Position numbers and translations under genes: made by a program. From an uncultured cyanobacterium (lineage in GTDB: Bacteria; Cyanobacteriota; Cyanobacteriia; PCC-9006; JAAUQQ01), in assembly GCA_963718615.1 (NCBI GenBank), contig OY970368.1, positions 1,184,001-1,248,000 on the forward strand: 64,000 nucleotides of DNA, given 5' to 3'. This document shows positions 40,831 to 51,041 of the stretch, in pieces; within the stretch, counting starts at the first letter, position 1, and the number at the start of each line of letters is the position of its first letter. Below the pieces are notes generated by a model. It did no database searches. It was not told where the DNA came from and saw only the letters and a program-made list of their open reading frames with translations.

Positions 40831-40854
40831 GCGGGGAGGCGATCGCCTCCCCGC
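40831..40854. terminator. Perfect 24-bp palindrome centred on HIP1, just after the pstS stop (terminator or mRNA stabiliser)
   Basis: gcggggagGCGATCGCctccccgc. Confidence 0.65.
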
Positions 40855-40866
40855 CTTTACTCCAGT

Positions 40867-41952
40867 CTAGAGTTTGCCGAGCGCTTCTTCCACTTTCGTT
40901 TTCACTGACGGCGGAAGAGCCACATAGCCCAATTCCTCGCTGTAGGATTGGCCGTCATTGAGCGCCCAAGCAAAGACTTTCTTGAGTGCTTCTACCTTCG
41001 CCGGATCCTCATACTTCGGCTTGAACAGAACCCAGGTCAAGCTGGTGATTGGATAAGCGTCGGCATTCTCGGGATCGGCAACCGACAGCGCAAAGTCTTC
41101 AGGCAGCTCTGCCCCTTCAAAGGCTAAACCGCCCGCTTCGGGACCGGGAGCCACATAGTTGCCTGACTTGTTCTCGATCGCAGCCATCGTTAAGCCATTT
41201 TCCTTGGCATAGGCATACTCGACGTAACCCAGAGCGCCCTCGGTCTGCTGCACCTGGGCCGTAATGCCTTCATTGCCCTTGGCACCGCTTCCCACGGGCC
41301 ATTCGACAGATTTGCCGGGTTCCAGCGTCCAATCAGGGCAAGCGGCCTTGAGGTGCTCGGTGAATACTGCCGTGGTGCCGCTGCCATCGGAGCGATGAAC
41401 AAACGTGATGTTCTCATCGGGCAGCGAAGCTCCATCGTTACCCTTAGCAACCAGCGGATCGTTCCACTTAGTTACCTTACCGGTCACAATGCCGCAGTAG
41501 GCTTCGCGGGAGAGCTTTAGGTCCGTGACATTAGGCAGATTAAAGGCAAACACCACCGAACCTGCCGTCATGGGCAACTGGATGGCCGGAGCCCCATAGG
41601 CTTCTTGGGCCTTGGTTTTCTCTTCATCTTTCAGGGGCGAATCGGTCGCTCCAAAATCAACGGTTTGGGCAAGGAATTGCTCAACCCCTGCACCACTACC
41701 CACCGATTGGTAGCTCACCTGAACGGATGGATCGACCTTCTGGTATTCCGCAAACCAACGCTGATAGAGCGGAGCGGGGAAACTTGCCCCTGCACCACTG
41801 AGAGAGACCGTTGAGCCTCCACTAGAGGAGGAGCCTGCTGACCCTGCGGTTGGCCCTTCTGTGGTGCCCGATTGGCAGGCTGCAAAACCAAATGACAAGG
41901 ACGCCAAAACCGCCAGGAATGCCGATCGCCGCATATGCTTAGACACTTTCAT
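40867..41952 (-). CDS. pstS: Phosphate-binding lipoprotein
   Basis: FAAC lipobox, GAGASFPAPLY, SVGSGAG and RSDGSGTT. Confidence 0.96.
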   Translation of the reverse strand: MKVSKHMRRSAFLAVLASLSFGFAACQSGTTEGPTAGSAGSSSSGGSTVSLSGAGASFPAPLYQRWFAEYQKVDPSVQVSYQSVGSGAGVEQFLAQTVDFGATDSPLKDEEKTKAQEAYGAPAIQLPMTAGSVVFAFNLPNVTDLKLSREAYCGIVTGKVTKWNDPLVAKGNDGASLPDENITFVHRSDGSGTTAVFTEHLKAACPDWTLEPGKSVEWPVGSGAKGNEGITAQVQQTEGALGYVEYAYAKENGLTMAAIENKSGNYVAPGPEAGGLAFEGAELPEDFALSVADPENADAYPITSLTWVLFKPKYEDPAKVEALKKVFAWALNDGQSYSEELGYVALPPSVKTKVEEALGKL

Positions 41953-42046
41953 CGAACTCACTCCACACCTAAAACACATCTAGGGACCAACCCGAAGGTC
42001 AACAGGCGGTCCTTATTCAGCATCCTAGTGGGCGTAGTTCATCTTT

Positions 42047-42076
42047 TGGTTAACCCTGGGTAAAGGGAAGATTAAA
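42047..42076 (-). promoter_or_regulatory. SphR/PhoB Pho box upstream of pstS
   Basis: Minus strand reads TTTAATCT-tcc-CTTTACCC-agg-GTTAACCA: three 8-mers at an 11-bp period resembling CTTAACCT; a TAGGAT -10-like hexamer follows. Confidence 0.75.
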
Positions 42077-42341
42077 GACTACATCCTTGACCTGGAGCCA
42101 ATGGCGTTGCGCTTTTCTGAGGGGCTCTTCTAATCAGGTTCTGAGTTGTCGCTTCCATAACTTTCGTGATGAAATCTTGACGCAGATTGAGTCGCAGAAT
42201 TGCAGTCTGTGATGCATTTTGACAATTTGCTCCCAGATTCAAATCCGAATCTCTCCGCTCAAACAGTTGCTTCAGGCGCACAACGCTCCTACGATCGGTA
42301 AGGTTGCATACATATTTTTAGTAAGAGTGCCTGGGAAGCTT

Positions 42342-42752
42342 ATGAAGCGTTTTTTCGTTCGCCTGCTGGCTGTGGTTCTCCTCATCAGTATGACCCTCAC
42401 TGGCTATGCTAGTCCCTCCTGGGCTGCACGTTCCGCCATGACCGGGGAATATCAGCAAGATACGCTCTCGGTCGTCACTGCGCTACGGGCTGCGGTGAAC
42501 GCAGAAGAAAGTTCTCCCTCCCAGGCTGAGTCCCAAGCGGAGGCTCGCAAGCTGATCAATGATTTTGCTGCACGCTACCGTCGTGACAATAAGGTTGCCG
42601 GTTTGCCTTCGTTTTTAACCATGCAGACTGCGCTCAATGCCCTAGCCGGTCACTACAGCTCCTACCCCAACCGTCCTCTGCCCGAGAAGCTCAAGAGCCG
42701 CCTCAATAAAGAACTGAAGCGAGTTGAGGTTTCCCTCAAGCGGGAAGCCTAG
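42342..42752 (+). CDS. psb27: Photosystem II assembly factor Psb27
   Basis: TGEYQQDT, INDFAARYRR and SFLTMQTALNALAGHYSSYPNRPLP. Confidence 0.95.
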   Translation: MKRFFVRLLAVVLLISMTLTGYASPSWAARSAMTGEYQQDTLSVVTALRAAVNAEESSPSQAESQAEARKLINDFAARYRRDNKVAGLPSFLTMQTALNALAGHYSSYPNRPLPEKLKSRLNKELKRVEVSLKREA

Positions 42753-42808
42753 GCCCTGACGCCCCTTTCTTCTGAGTTAATCCAATCTGAGTTAATCCAA
42801 CTCCAGCA

Positions 42809-42835
42809 AGCCCGCTTCCCCAAGCGGGTTCTTTT
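42809..42835 (+). terminator. Intrinsic terminator after psb27
   Basis: agcccgctt-ccc-aagcgggtt followed by ctttt. Confidence 0.65.
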
Positions 42836-42913
42836 ATGGATTTTCTTAGAGATTCGCTATAGATATTCTGGCCGCAGTGATTGACAGCCGTCCAGATTGA
42901 TGGAGATAATTAG

Positions 42914-44293
<1,380 letters not shown>

Positions 44294-44318
44294 TGGGGGC
44301 TGACCCAAGCCATTGGGG

Positions 44319-44708
44319 TTAATCGATGACCGCAATACATTCGATTTCAACGAGGACATCCTTCGGTAGGCGTGCGGCTTGAACGCAGGCACGGGCCGGG
44401 GCTGTGGCTTCGTCGAAGAATTTGCTGTAGATACCGTTCATGGTGACAAAGTCGTTCATATCGGCTAGGAAGACGCTGGTTTTGACAACATCGCTAAAGC
44501 TGGCCCCGGCGGCAGCCAGAACTGCACTCAGGTTTTTCATGACTTGTTCGGTTTGGGCTGCTACGTCGCCATCGCCGACGATTTGCCCTGTGGCTGGGTC
44601 GAGGGCAATTTGGCCGGAGACAAAGATCATTTTGCCTGTGGCGGCGATCGCCTGGTTATAAGGCCCCACAGGAGCCGGAGCTTGATCGGTCTGAATGACT
44701 TCGCGCAT
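44319..44708 (-). CDS. ridA: RidA/YjgF family enamine deaminase
   Basis: GPYNQA, VSGQI and PARACV...LVEIECIA. Confidence 0.9.
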   Translation of the reverse strand: MREVIQTDQAPAPVGPYNQAIAATGKMIFVSGQIALDPATGQIVGDGDVAAQTEQVMKNLSAVLAAAGASFSDVVKTSVFLADMNDFVTMNGIYSKFFDEATAPARACVQAARLPKDVLVEIECIAVID

Positions 44709-44740
44709 AGATTTAAGAAAGTTGAATAGAGGCGATGATA

Positions 44741-46480
44741 TCAGCGGACGCGGGCGCGGGTAATCTGCCAGCTCAATAAAAGTACGGGTAAGAGACCCAC
44801 AATCAGAATGGCGAGGGCCGGCGCAGAAGCGGCAGCGAGGCGTTCGTCGGAGGCATATTGGTAGACCCGAATGGCCAAGGTGTCAAAATTAAAAGGACGC
44901 ATGACCAGCGTTGCCGGGAGTTCTTTCATCACATCGACGAACACCAGCATTAGGGCGGTGAGCATGCCGCTACTTAGCAGGGGAATATGGACCTTCAGGA
45001 GGGTTTGGGTGGGACCTTGGCCCAGGCTGCGGGCCGCATCATCGAAGCAGGGTTTGATTTTTTGCAGGCTGGATTCAACGGTGTTGAGCGCCACGGCCAG
45101 AAACCGGACCAGGTAGGCCAGGATTAACGCCAGGGCTGATCCCCCGAGGGCGATCGTCCAGGGTGATCCCAACTGAGCTTGAACCGCGCTGGAAACTGTA
45201 TCTAATTGTCCAAGGGGAATCAGCAATCCGACCGCAATCACCGCACCGGGTACGGCATAGCCCATGGAGGCTAGCCTTGCGCCAAAACCCATGACTGGCT
45301 TGGGATTGAGCCGAAGGCCGTAGGCGACGGTCAGGGCCAGGGGCACTGCGATCAAGGCGGTGGCGAGGGCGAGAATGAGGCTGTTACGGCTGAGCTGCCA
45401 GAAGCTTTCGTTGAAGGTTTCGCGGGCGTGGGTAATGGCGAGGTGGAGCAGGAAGACTGCTGGGATGATCAGACCGAGGGCAATGGGAGTCAGGCAAGTG
45501 AGGAAGGCGGCGATCGCCCGTCCCCCCCGCAATCCATAACCGGGCAACCGTTGGTAAGGACTATCGCATTGGTAATATTTGGCCTGTCGCCGCGACCAGC
45601 CTTCTAGCAGAATCAACGCCAAAATAAACAGCATCAACACCGCCGCCAATTGGGTTGCGGCCACCCGTTCGCCCATGCCAAACCAGGTCCGGTAGATGCC
45701 GGTGGTGAATGTATCGACGCCAAAATATTGGACTGTGCCAAAGTCATTGAGCGTTTCCATCAACGCTAGGGCTAGTCCCCCCATTACCGCTGGACGGGCC
45801 AGGGGCAGCGCGACCTTGAAGAAACTCTGCCAGGGCGTGCAGCCTAGGGCTCGACTGGCTTCGAGGGTACGGACCGATTGTTCTTGGAAGGCGACGCGGG
45901 CGAGGAGGTACACGTAGGGATAGAGGGAAAGGCCGAGAAGGGCGATCGCTCCCCAAATCGAGCGAATATTCGGAAACCAATAGTCCTGCACGCTTTCCCA
46001 GCCAAAGATCCCTCGCAATGCCGTTTGAATAGGTCCGTAGAAATCCAGCAGTTCCGTATAGGTGTAGGCCAGGAGATAACCGGGAGAAGCCAAAGGCAAC
46101 AGCAGCGCCCATTCAAACCAGCGCCGCCCCGGAAACCGACAGAGGGTCACTAGCCAAGCGGTGGCGATGCCAAGGGCCGAGACCAGGAGCCCAACCCCCA
46201 CCATCAAAATTAGAGAATTACTGACATAGCGGGGCAGGACGGTGCTGGCCAAATGAGCCCAGATGTCGCTGGAATTGACAAAAATGCTGCTGAGGACGAC
46301 GAGAACAGGGGTGATGACGAGGGTGGCGATCGCCAACACCGCCAGCGTCCAACCCTGGTTCAAACATAAACCCCAAAGCTGAGGCGATCGCGTTTTAGAG
46401 CGAGAATCAGGCCGTTGAGGCGGTTTTGCCTGGGGAGATGGAGTTTTGCCCTGGCGAAGCAATTGTTTCAAACCGGTCAC
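44741..46480 (-). CDS. futB: Fe(III) ABC transporter permease
   Basis: FPGRRWFEWALLLPLA, METLNDFG, GYAVPG and KELPATL.MRPFNFDTLA. Confidence 0.88.
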   Translation of the reverse strand: MTGLKQLLRQGKTPSPQAKPPQRPDSRSKTRSPQLWGLCLNQGWTLAVLAIATLVITPVLVVLSSIFVNSSDIWAHLASTVLPRYVSNSLILMVGVGLLVSALGIATAWLVTLCRFPGRRWFEWALLLPLASPGYLLAYTYTELLDFYGPIQTALRGIFGWESVQDYWFPNIRSIWGAIALLGLSLYPYVYLLARVAFQEQSVRTLEASRALGCTPWQSFFKVALPLARPAVMGGLALALMETLNDFGTVQYFGVDTFTTGIYRTWFGMGERVAATQLAAVLMLFILALILLEGWSRRQAKYYQCDSPYQRLPGYGLRGGRAIAAFLTCLTPIALGLIIPAVFLLHLAITHARETFNESFWQLSRNSLILALATALIAVPLALTVAYGLRLNPKPVMGFGARLASMGYAVPGAVIAVGLLIPLGQLDTVSSAVQAQLGSPWTIALGGSALALILAYLVRFLAVALNTVESSLQKIKPCFDDAARSLGQGPTQTLLKVHIPLLSSGMLTALMLVFVDVMKELPATLVMRPFNFDTLAIRVYQYASDERLAAASAPALAILIVGLLPVLLLSWQITRARVR

Positions 46481-46500
46481 AGCGACGTCCTCGATATCCT

Positions 46501-46519
46501 ATTGAGAAAAAGTCTCATT
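46501..46519. promoter_or_regulatory. AT-rich inverted repeat (Fur-box-like) between divergent futB and futC
   Basis: atTGAGAaaaagTCTCAtt. Confidence 0.5.
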
Positions 46520-46604
46520 CCATAATTTACACTAGGGTTTGGTTTAGGCGTTAGATTAACGGTCGATCGCAGTTCACTTCATAGCAGGCTTAAGAGCAGG
46601 TTTC

Positions 46605-47720
46605 ATGACGGATTCAAGGGCAGAGGTAGCAGCAGAGGCGGGGGCACAAACCGCAATTCTGCAATTGCAAGGCATTGTTAAGCGTTTTGCCAATTCAGCT
46701 CAACCGGCGATCGCTCGGATTGATTTGGAGTTAAGACCCGGTGAAATCCTTAGCTTGCTGGGTCCCTCGGGCTGTGGTAAGACCACCTTATTGAGAATCA
46801 TTGCCGGATTTGAAAGGCCAGATGCTGGAACTATTTTGATTCGACAGCAGCCTGTCGCTCATCTGCCACCGGAGCAGCGCGGCGTTGGCATGGTCTTTCA
46901 GGATTATGCGCTGTTTCCCCACCTCACCGTTGCCAAAAACGTCGCCTTTGGGCTGGGACGCGCTGGGGGCTCCCGCTTAGCCCCTAAGCAGGTGAGCGAA
47001 GCCTTAGGTCTGGTTGGCCTCGTTGGTTATCAATCCCGCTATCCCCACGAACTTTCGGGTGGGCAGCAGCAGCGCATCGCTCTCGCCCGTGCCTTGGCTC
47101 CGGCTCCGGCTTTGGTCTTGCTGGATGAACCCATGAGCAATTTGGATGTACAGGTGCGGTTGCGGTTGCGCCAGGAACTGCGCAGCATCCTTAAACAGGC
47201 AGGCACTTCGGCAATTTTCGTCACCCACGACCAGGAAGAGGCGCTGTCCATGGCCGATCGCGTTGTTGTCATGGACCATGGCCACATTGAGCAAATTGGG
47301 ACACCCGAGGAGATTTATCAGCATCCGGCCACGCGCTTTGTCGCAGATTTTGTCACCCAGGCGAATTTTATTCCGGCCCAGCGAACCGCAGCGGGGTGGG
47401 AGACGGAATTAGGCACAGTCCCAGCGGCAGCGATGGCAGTGCAATTTGAGCAGGCGGCAAAACGGGGGCAAGGGGAGTTGCAAGGGGAGTTGATGGTGCG
47501 GCAGGAGGATTTGGAGCTTGTGGCCGATGAGCGGGGGATGGGGGTCGTGGGCGATCGCCAATTCCTCGGACGGGAACACCGCTACAGTATCCAGCTTCCC
47601 TCCGGCCAAACCCTGTTCGTGCGACGCCTCTCGGGGGATCTGCTCCCCGTTGGGGCAAAGGTGCAATTGCGCTTGGGAGGAGAATGTCGGATTTTCGAGT
47701 CCAATCCTGCGATAGACTAA
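46605..47720 (+). CDS. futC: Fe(III) ABC ATP-binding protein
   Basis: GPSGCGKTT, FQDYALFPHL and LSGGQQQR; TOBE-like C-terminus; adjacent to futB. Confidence 0.82.
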   Translation: MTDSRAEVAAEAGAQTAILQLQGIVKRFANSAQPAIARIDLELRPGEILSLLGPSGCGKTTLLRIIAGFERPDAGTILIRQQPVAHLPPEQRGVGMVFQDYALFPHLTVAKNVAFGLGRAGGSRLAPKQVSEALGLVGLVGYQSRYPHELSGGQQQRIALARALAPAPALVLLDEPMSNLDVQVRLRLRQELRSILKQAGTSAIFVTHDQEEALSMADRVVVMDHGHIEQIGTPEEIYQHPATRFVADFVTQANFIPAQRTAAGWETELGTVPAAAMAVQFEQAAKRGQGELQGELMVRQEDLELVADERGMGVVGDRQFLGREHRYSIQLPSGQTLFVRRLSGDLLPVGAKVQLRLGGECRIFESNPAID

Positions 47721-47748
47721 ACTCTTATGGTACTCGCGAAAACAGCAG

Positions 47749-48864
47749 ATGGCGCAAAACCCGTTTGATCAGCTCGCAAAACAATACCTAGAGGAATTTC
47801 TTGCTCCGGTCGGTCAGGTGATTCGTAATCTTGAAGTGCCTGGAGAGCCAAAATTCGTCGATGTCTTTTTTGCCCCGGATCCCAATGCCATCCAATCGGC
47901 GGATTTAGGGCTGTTGGGACAGATGCTGCAAACAGTTTGCCTCCTAGAACCCTTCCGTAATGCTCCCACCCGCCATGAAATTCGCACTTGTTTGCTGAAA
48001 CTGATTTGGATCCAGGAGGACGAACGCCGCAAAGCGCGGCAGGCTGAGCGCAAACTGCCTGAGGTCGACTTACCACAGCTCTGGATTCTGGCGGCGACCA
48101 CCCATGAACCAGTACTGAGAGCCTTTAAGGCTGAAATAACGGAGCAACAGGGGTTTGGGGTTTATGTCTTAGCGGAAGGGCTGAAAACTGCGATCGTTGC
48201 CATTGACCAATTGCCAGAAAGCGCCGATACTCTTTGGCTTAGAATTTTGGGCCGAGGTATCACTCAAGAACGCGCCATTCGCGAAGTTTTAGCCCTTCCC
48301 CCCGAACATCCCAGACGCAACAACATCCTCCGACTTCTAGCAAGTTGGAAAGTTAGAATAGACCTCAAAGAACTCCAAGATTTCTCAGACCAGGAGACGA
48401 TCATGGCTTTATCCCAGGCATTTTTGGAGTGGGAACAGCAAACCCAGCAAAACGCTGAGGCAAAAGGACGCCAGGTGGGTTGGCAAGAAGGTCGCCAAGA
48501 AGGTCGCCAAGAAGGTGAACGAGCGCTCCTCCAACTTCTTCTTGCCCAGAAACTTGGCGCTCTACCGCACCCGATCGAAACTGCGATCGCCCAACTCTCC
48601 CGAGAGCAACTGGAAGCCTTGGCGATCGCCCAACTCAATTTCTCTCAAATCGCTGAACTAGAAACTTGGCTATTGGCTCCGGCGCAATCCCACCTTAGGC
48701 AGCAGTTAGCCGTGCAGGTTGGAGATTTGTCTGAAGAGACACAGAGGGCGATGCAAGGGTTGCTCCTGGAGCAGATTCAGGCATTGGGGGAGGCGATCGC
48801 TGGATTTCAGGCCCCTGAAGATCTCCAAGCTTGGTTGGCGGACCGGAACTTTGGCGATCGCTAA
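47749..48864 (+). CDS. Rpn-like protein with C-terminal GRQE repeats and two DUF4351-like domains
   Basis: FDQLAKQYLEEFL...VDVFF...LLEPFRN N-terminal domain, TLWLRILGRG, GRQEGRQEG, and QLEALA...ELETWL / QIQALGEAI...DLQAWL. Confidence 0.75.
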   Translation: MAQNPFDQLAKQYLEEFLAPVGQVIRNLEVPGEPKFVDVFFAPDPNAIQSADLGLLGQMLQTVCLLEPFRNAPTRHEIRTCLLKLIWIQEDERRKARQAERKLPEVDLPQLWILAATTHEPVLRAFKAEITEQQGFGVYVLAEGLKTAIVAIDQLPESADTLWLRILGRGITQERAIREVLALPPEHPRRNNILRLLASWKVRIDLKELQDFSDQETIMALSQAFLEWEQQTQQNAEAKGRQVGWQEGRQEGRQEGERALLQLLLAQKLGALPHPIETAIAQLSREQLEALAIAQLNFSQIAELETWLLAPAQSHLRQQLAVQVGDLSEETQRAMQGLLLEQIQALGEAIAGFQAPEDLQAWLADRNFGDR

Positions 48865-48873
48865 AATCCCCAG

Positions 48874-49662
48874 CTAAAACAAATCCTTTTTCCCCCGGAG
48901 CTTCCCAAAGGTTTTCTCAGGAATCGTGCTGCCGGTGACCGCTTGCAGGGCAGGAGCATCCCAGCGGAGAAAGGGATTGGTTTGTTTTTCTTCGCCTAGG
49001 ACAGAAGGCACCGTGGCTTCCTGGCGCTGGCGGGCGGCTTGGACCTGGGCGTAGCGTTGCTGGAGCGCGGTGTTGTCGCCATCGACGGTGAGGGCAAATT
49101 TGAGATTGCTGAGCGTATATTCGTGGGCGCACCAAATGCGGGTTTGGTCTGGGAGGGCGCGTAGCTTGGACAGCGATCGCACCATCTGCCCCGGTGTCCC
49201 CTCAAACAATCGGCCACAGCCCCCGGCAAACATCGTGTCCCCACAAAATAACTCTCCCCAGCCCGCCTCCGGACTTTGAAGATTCTTCACCGGCGGAAAA
49301 TAGTACGCAATATGCCCTCGGGTGTGGCCAGGGACGAAAAAGACCTGGGCCTCGCGATCGCCAAAGGACACGCGATCGCCCTCCTTCAAAAACACCTGCT
49401 GCCCCGGAATTCGCCCCCGATCCTCAGCGCCTGCATAGACCACGGCTGCGGGAAATTGCTCCAGCAGCGCTTGATTGCCGCCCACATGGTCGCTGTGGTG
49501 GTGAGTATTGAAAATGGCGACGAGGGTTGCCTCTAGCTCGGCCAGCTTTTGCAGGACCGGGGCGGCTTGGGCCGGGTCGACGACAGCGGCGGTTTGGCGA
49601 TCGCCATCGTAAAGCAAAAAAATATAATTATCGGAGAGGGCGGGAAGACGAAGAATCTGCAT
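48874..49662 (-). CDS. gloB: Hydroxyacylglutathione hydrolase (glyoxalase II)
   Basis: [28 protein letters not shown] and CAHEYT. Confidence 0.95.
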   Translation of the reverse strand: MQILRLPALSDNYIFLLYDGDRQTAAVVDPAQAAPVLQKLAELEATLVAIFNTHHHSDHVGGNQALLEQFPAAVVYAGAEDRGRIPGQQVFLKEGDRVSFGDREAQVFFVPGHTRGHIAYYFPPVKNLQSPEAGWGELFCGDTMFAGGCGRLFEGTPGQMVRSLSKLRALPDQTRIWCAHEYTLSNLKFALTVDGDNTALQQRYAQVQAARQRQEATVPSVLGEEKQTNPFLRWDAPALQAVTGSTIPEKTFGKLRGKKDLF

Positions 49663-49739
49663 AGGGTTGGATGAAACCGGGCATACTCACAATAGAGTCT
49701 GGGTGACACCTGTCGTGCCCCGCCAGAGAGGAAATCCCC

Positions 49740-50969
49740 TTGAACATTACGTTGGTTGTCAGTGATTTATCCGCCAGTGGCGCTGGACGGTGGGGAGATG
49801 CCGTTCGCCCGTTTTTGCTGACCAAAGCCCTGCAATCCCTCGGTCATCAGGTCAAAATCCTGGGCTTTAATGCAGATCGCGACACCGATCGCGAAACGGC
49901 GATCGCCTCCTCTGAGAAGTTGCCCATCCAACAGATTCAGGGGGGAATCTATCCTCGGTTTTTCCGCTCGGCGGCGGCATTGTTACGGGCACTGCGGGCG
50001 GATCGCCAGTGTGATTTGGTCTATGCCTACAAGCTCAAGCCTAGCAGCTTTGGCTTGGCGTTGCTAGATCGCCTGCGATCGCGCCGACCCGTATTTTTGG
50101 ATATCGATGACTGGGAGTTGAGCTGGCATGGGGGCGATGCGTTCTCCTATCAGCCCACTCCCCGTCAACTGTTCCGGGATTTGTTTCGCTCAGAAAGTGC
50201 CCTGCGCAATCCCGATCACCCCTTCTATCTGCAATCCCTGGAGCGGTTAGTGGCTAAAGCGGATCAGGTCACGACCCACAATCAGTTTTTGCAAAATCGG
50301 TTTGGCGGAGCCTATATTCCTAATGGCAAAGATGTTTGTCTGTTCAATCCAGAACACTATGACCCGGTGGTGAGTCGCGATCGCTTCCAACTCACGCCCT
50401 ACCGCACCCTCATGTTTCCCGGTGCGCCCCGTCCCTACAAGGGTTTGGAAGATATTCTAACCGCCTTGGATTTGTTGGACCAACCGGATTTACGTCTGGT
50501 GATCGTCGGTGGCAGTCCCTACGATGAGTACGACCAGCAACTCATGGCCCACTGGGGTCGTTGGATCATCAAAGTTCCCCGCACGCCCTATGGCCAAATG
50601 CCCGAGGTAATCAGTGCGGCTCACGCCATCGTGGTGCCTCAGCAGGACACTCCAGCCACCCAGGCTCAGTTTCCGCTCAAGCTCACCGATGGTATGGCCA
50701 TGGCGAAGCCCATTTTAGCGACTAGAGTGGGGGATATTCCCCGTATTTTGGGTGATGCAGGCTATTTGGTTGACGCCAATGATCCGGCGCAACTGGCCCA
50801 GGGAATTCAGAAACTCTTTGGGGAATTTGAGGTTGCCCAGGAAAAAGGACGACAGGCTCGCGATCGCTGCGTCCAGTACTACAGCATCGAAGCCATGGCC
50901 AAAACTCTCGCAACTCTGTTGCCCCAAGCGCCCCAAGCGCCCCAATCCACCCAACCCACCCAACCCTAA
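49740..50969 (+). CDS. Glycosyltransferase family 4
   Basis: GAPRPYKGLE, FPLKLTDGMAMAKPI and TRVGDIP. Confidence 0.88.
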   Translation: MNITLVVSDLSASGAGRWGDAVRPFLLTKALQSLGHQVKILGFNADRDTDRETAIASSEKLPIQQIQGGIYPRFFRSAAALLRALRADRQCDLVYAYKLKPSSFGLALLDRLRSRRPVFLDIDDWELSWHGGDAFSYQPTPRQLFRDLFRSESALRNPDHPFYLQSLERLVAKADQVTTHNQFLQNRFGGAYIPNGKDVCLFNPEHYDPVVSRDRFQLTPYRTLMFPGAPRPYKGLEDILTALDLLDQPDLRLVIVGGSPYDEYDQQLMAHWGRWIIKVPRTPYGQMPEVISAAHAIVVPQQDTPATQAQFPLKLTDGMAMAKPILATRVGDIPRILGDAGYLVDANDPAQLAQGIQKLFGEFEVAQEKGRQARDRCVQYYSIEAMAKTLATLLPQAPQAPQSTQPTQP

Positions 50970-51041
50970 TCGCCAGCGTAGGGACAGGGCAATGCCCTGT
51001 CCCTACATCCGATCCTGCCCTTGATTCCCTTCTTTTTTGCC

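Noticed and set aside
47749-48864. Rpn-like gene as an active transposon
   Set aside because: No terminal inverted repeats, target-site duplication or DDE motif were seen.
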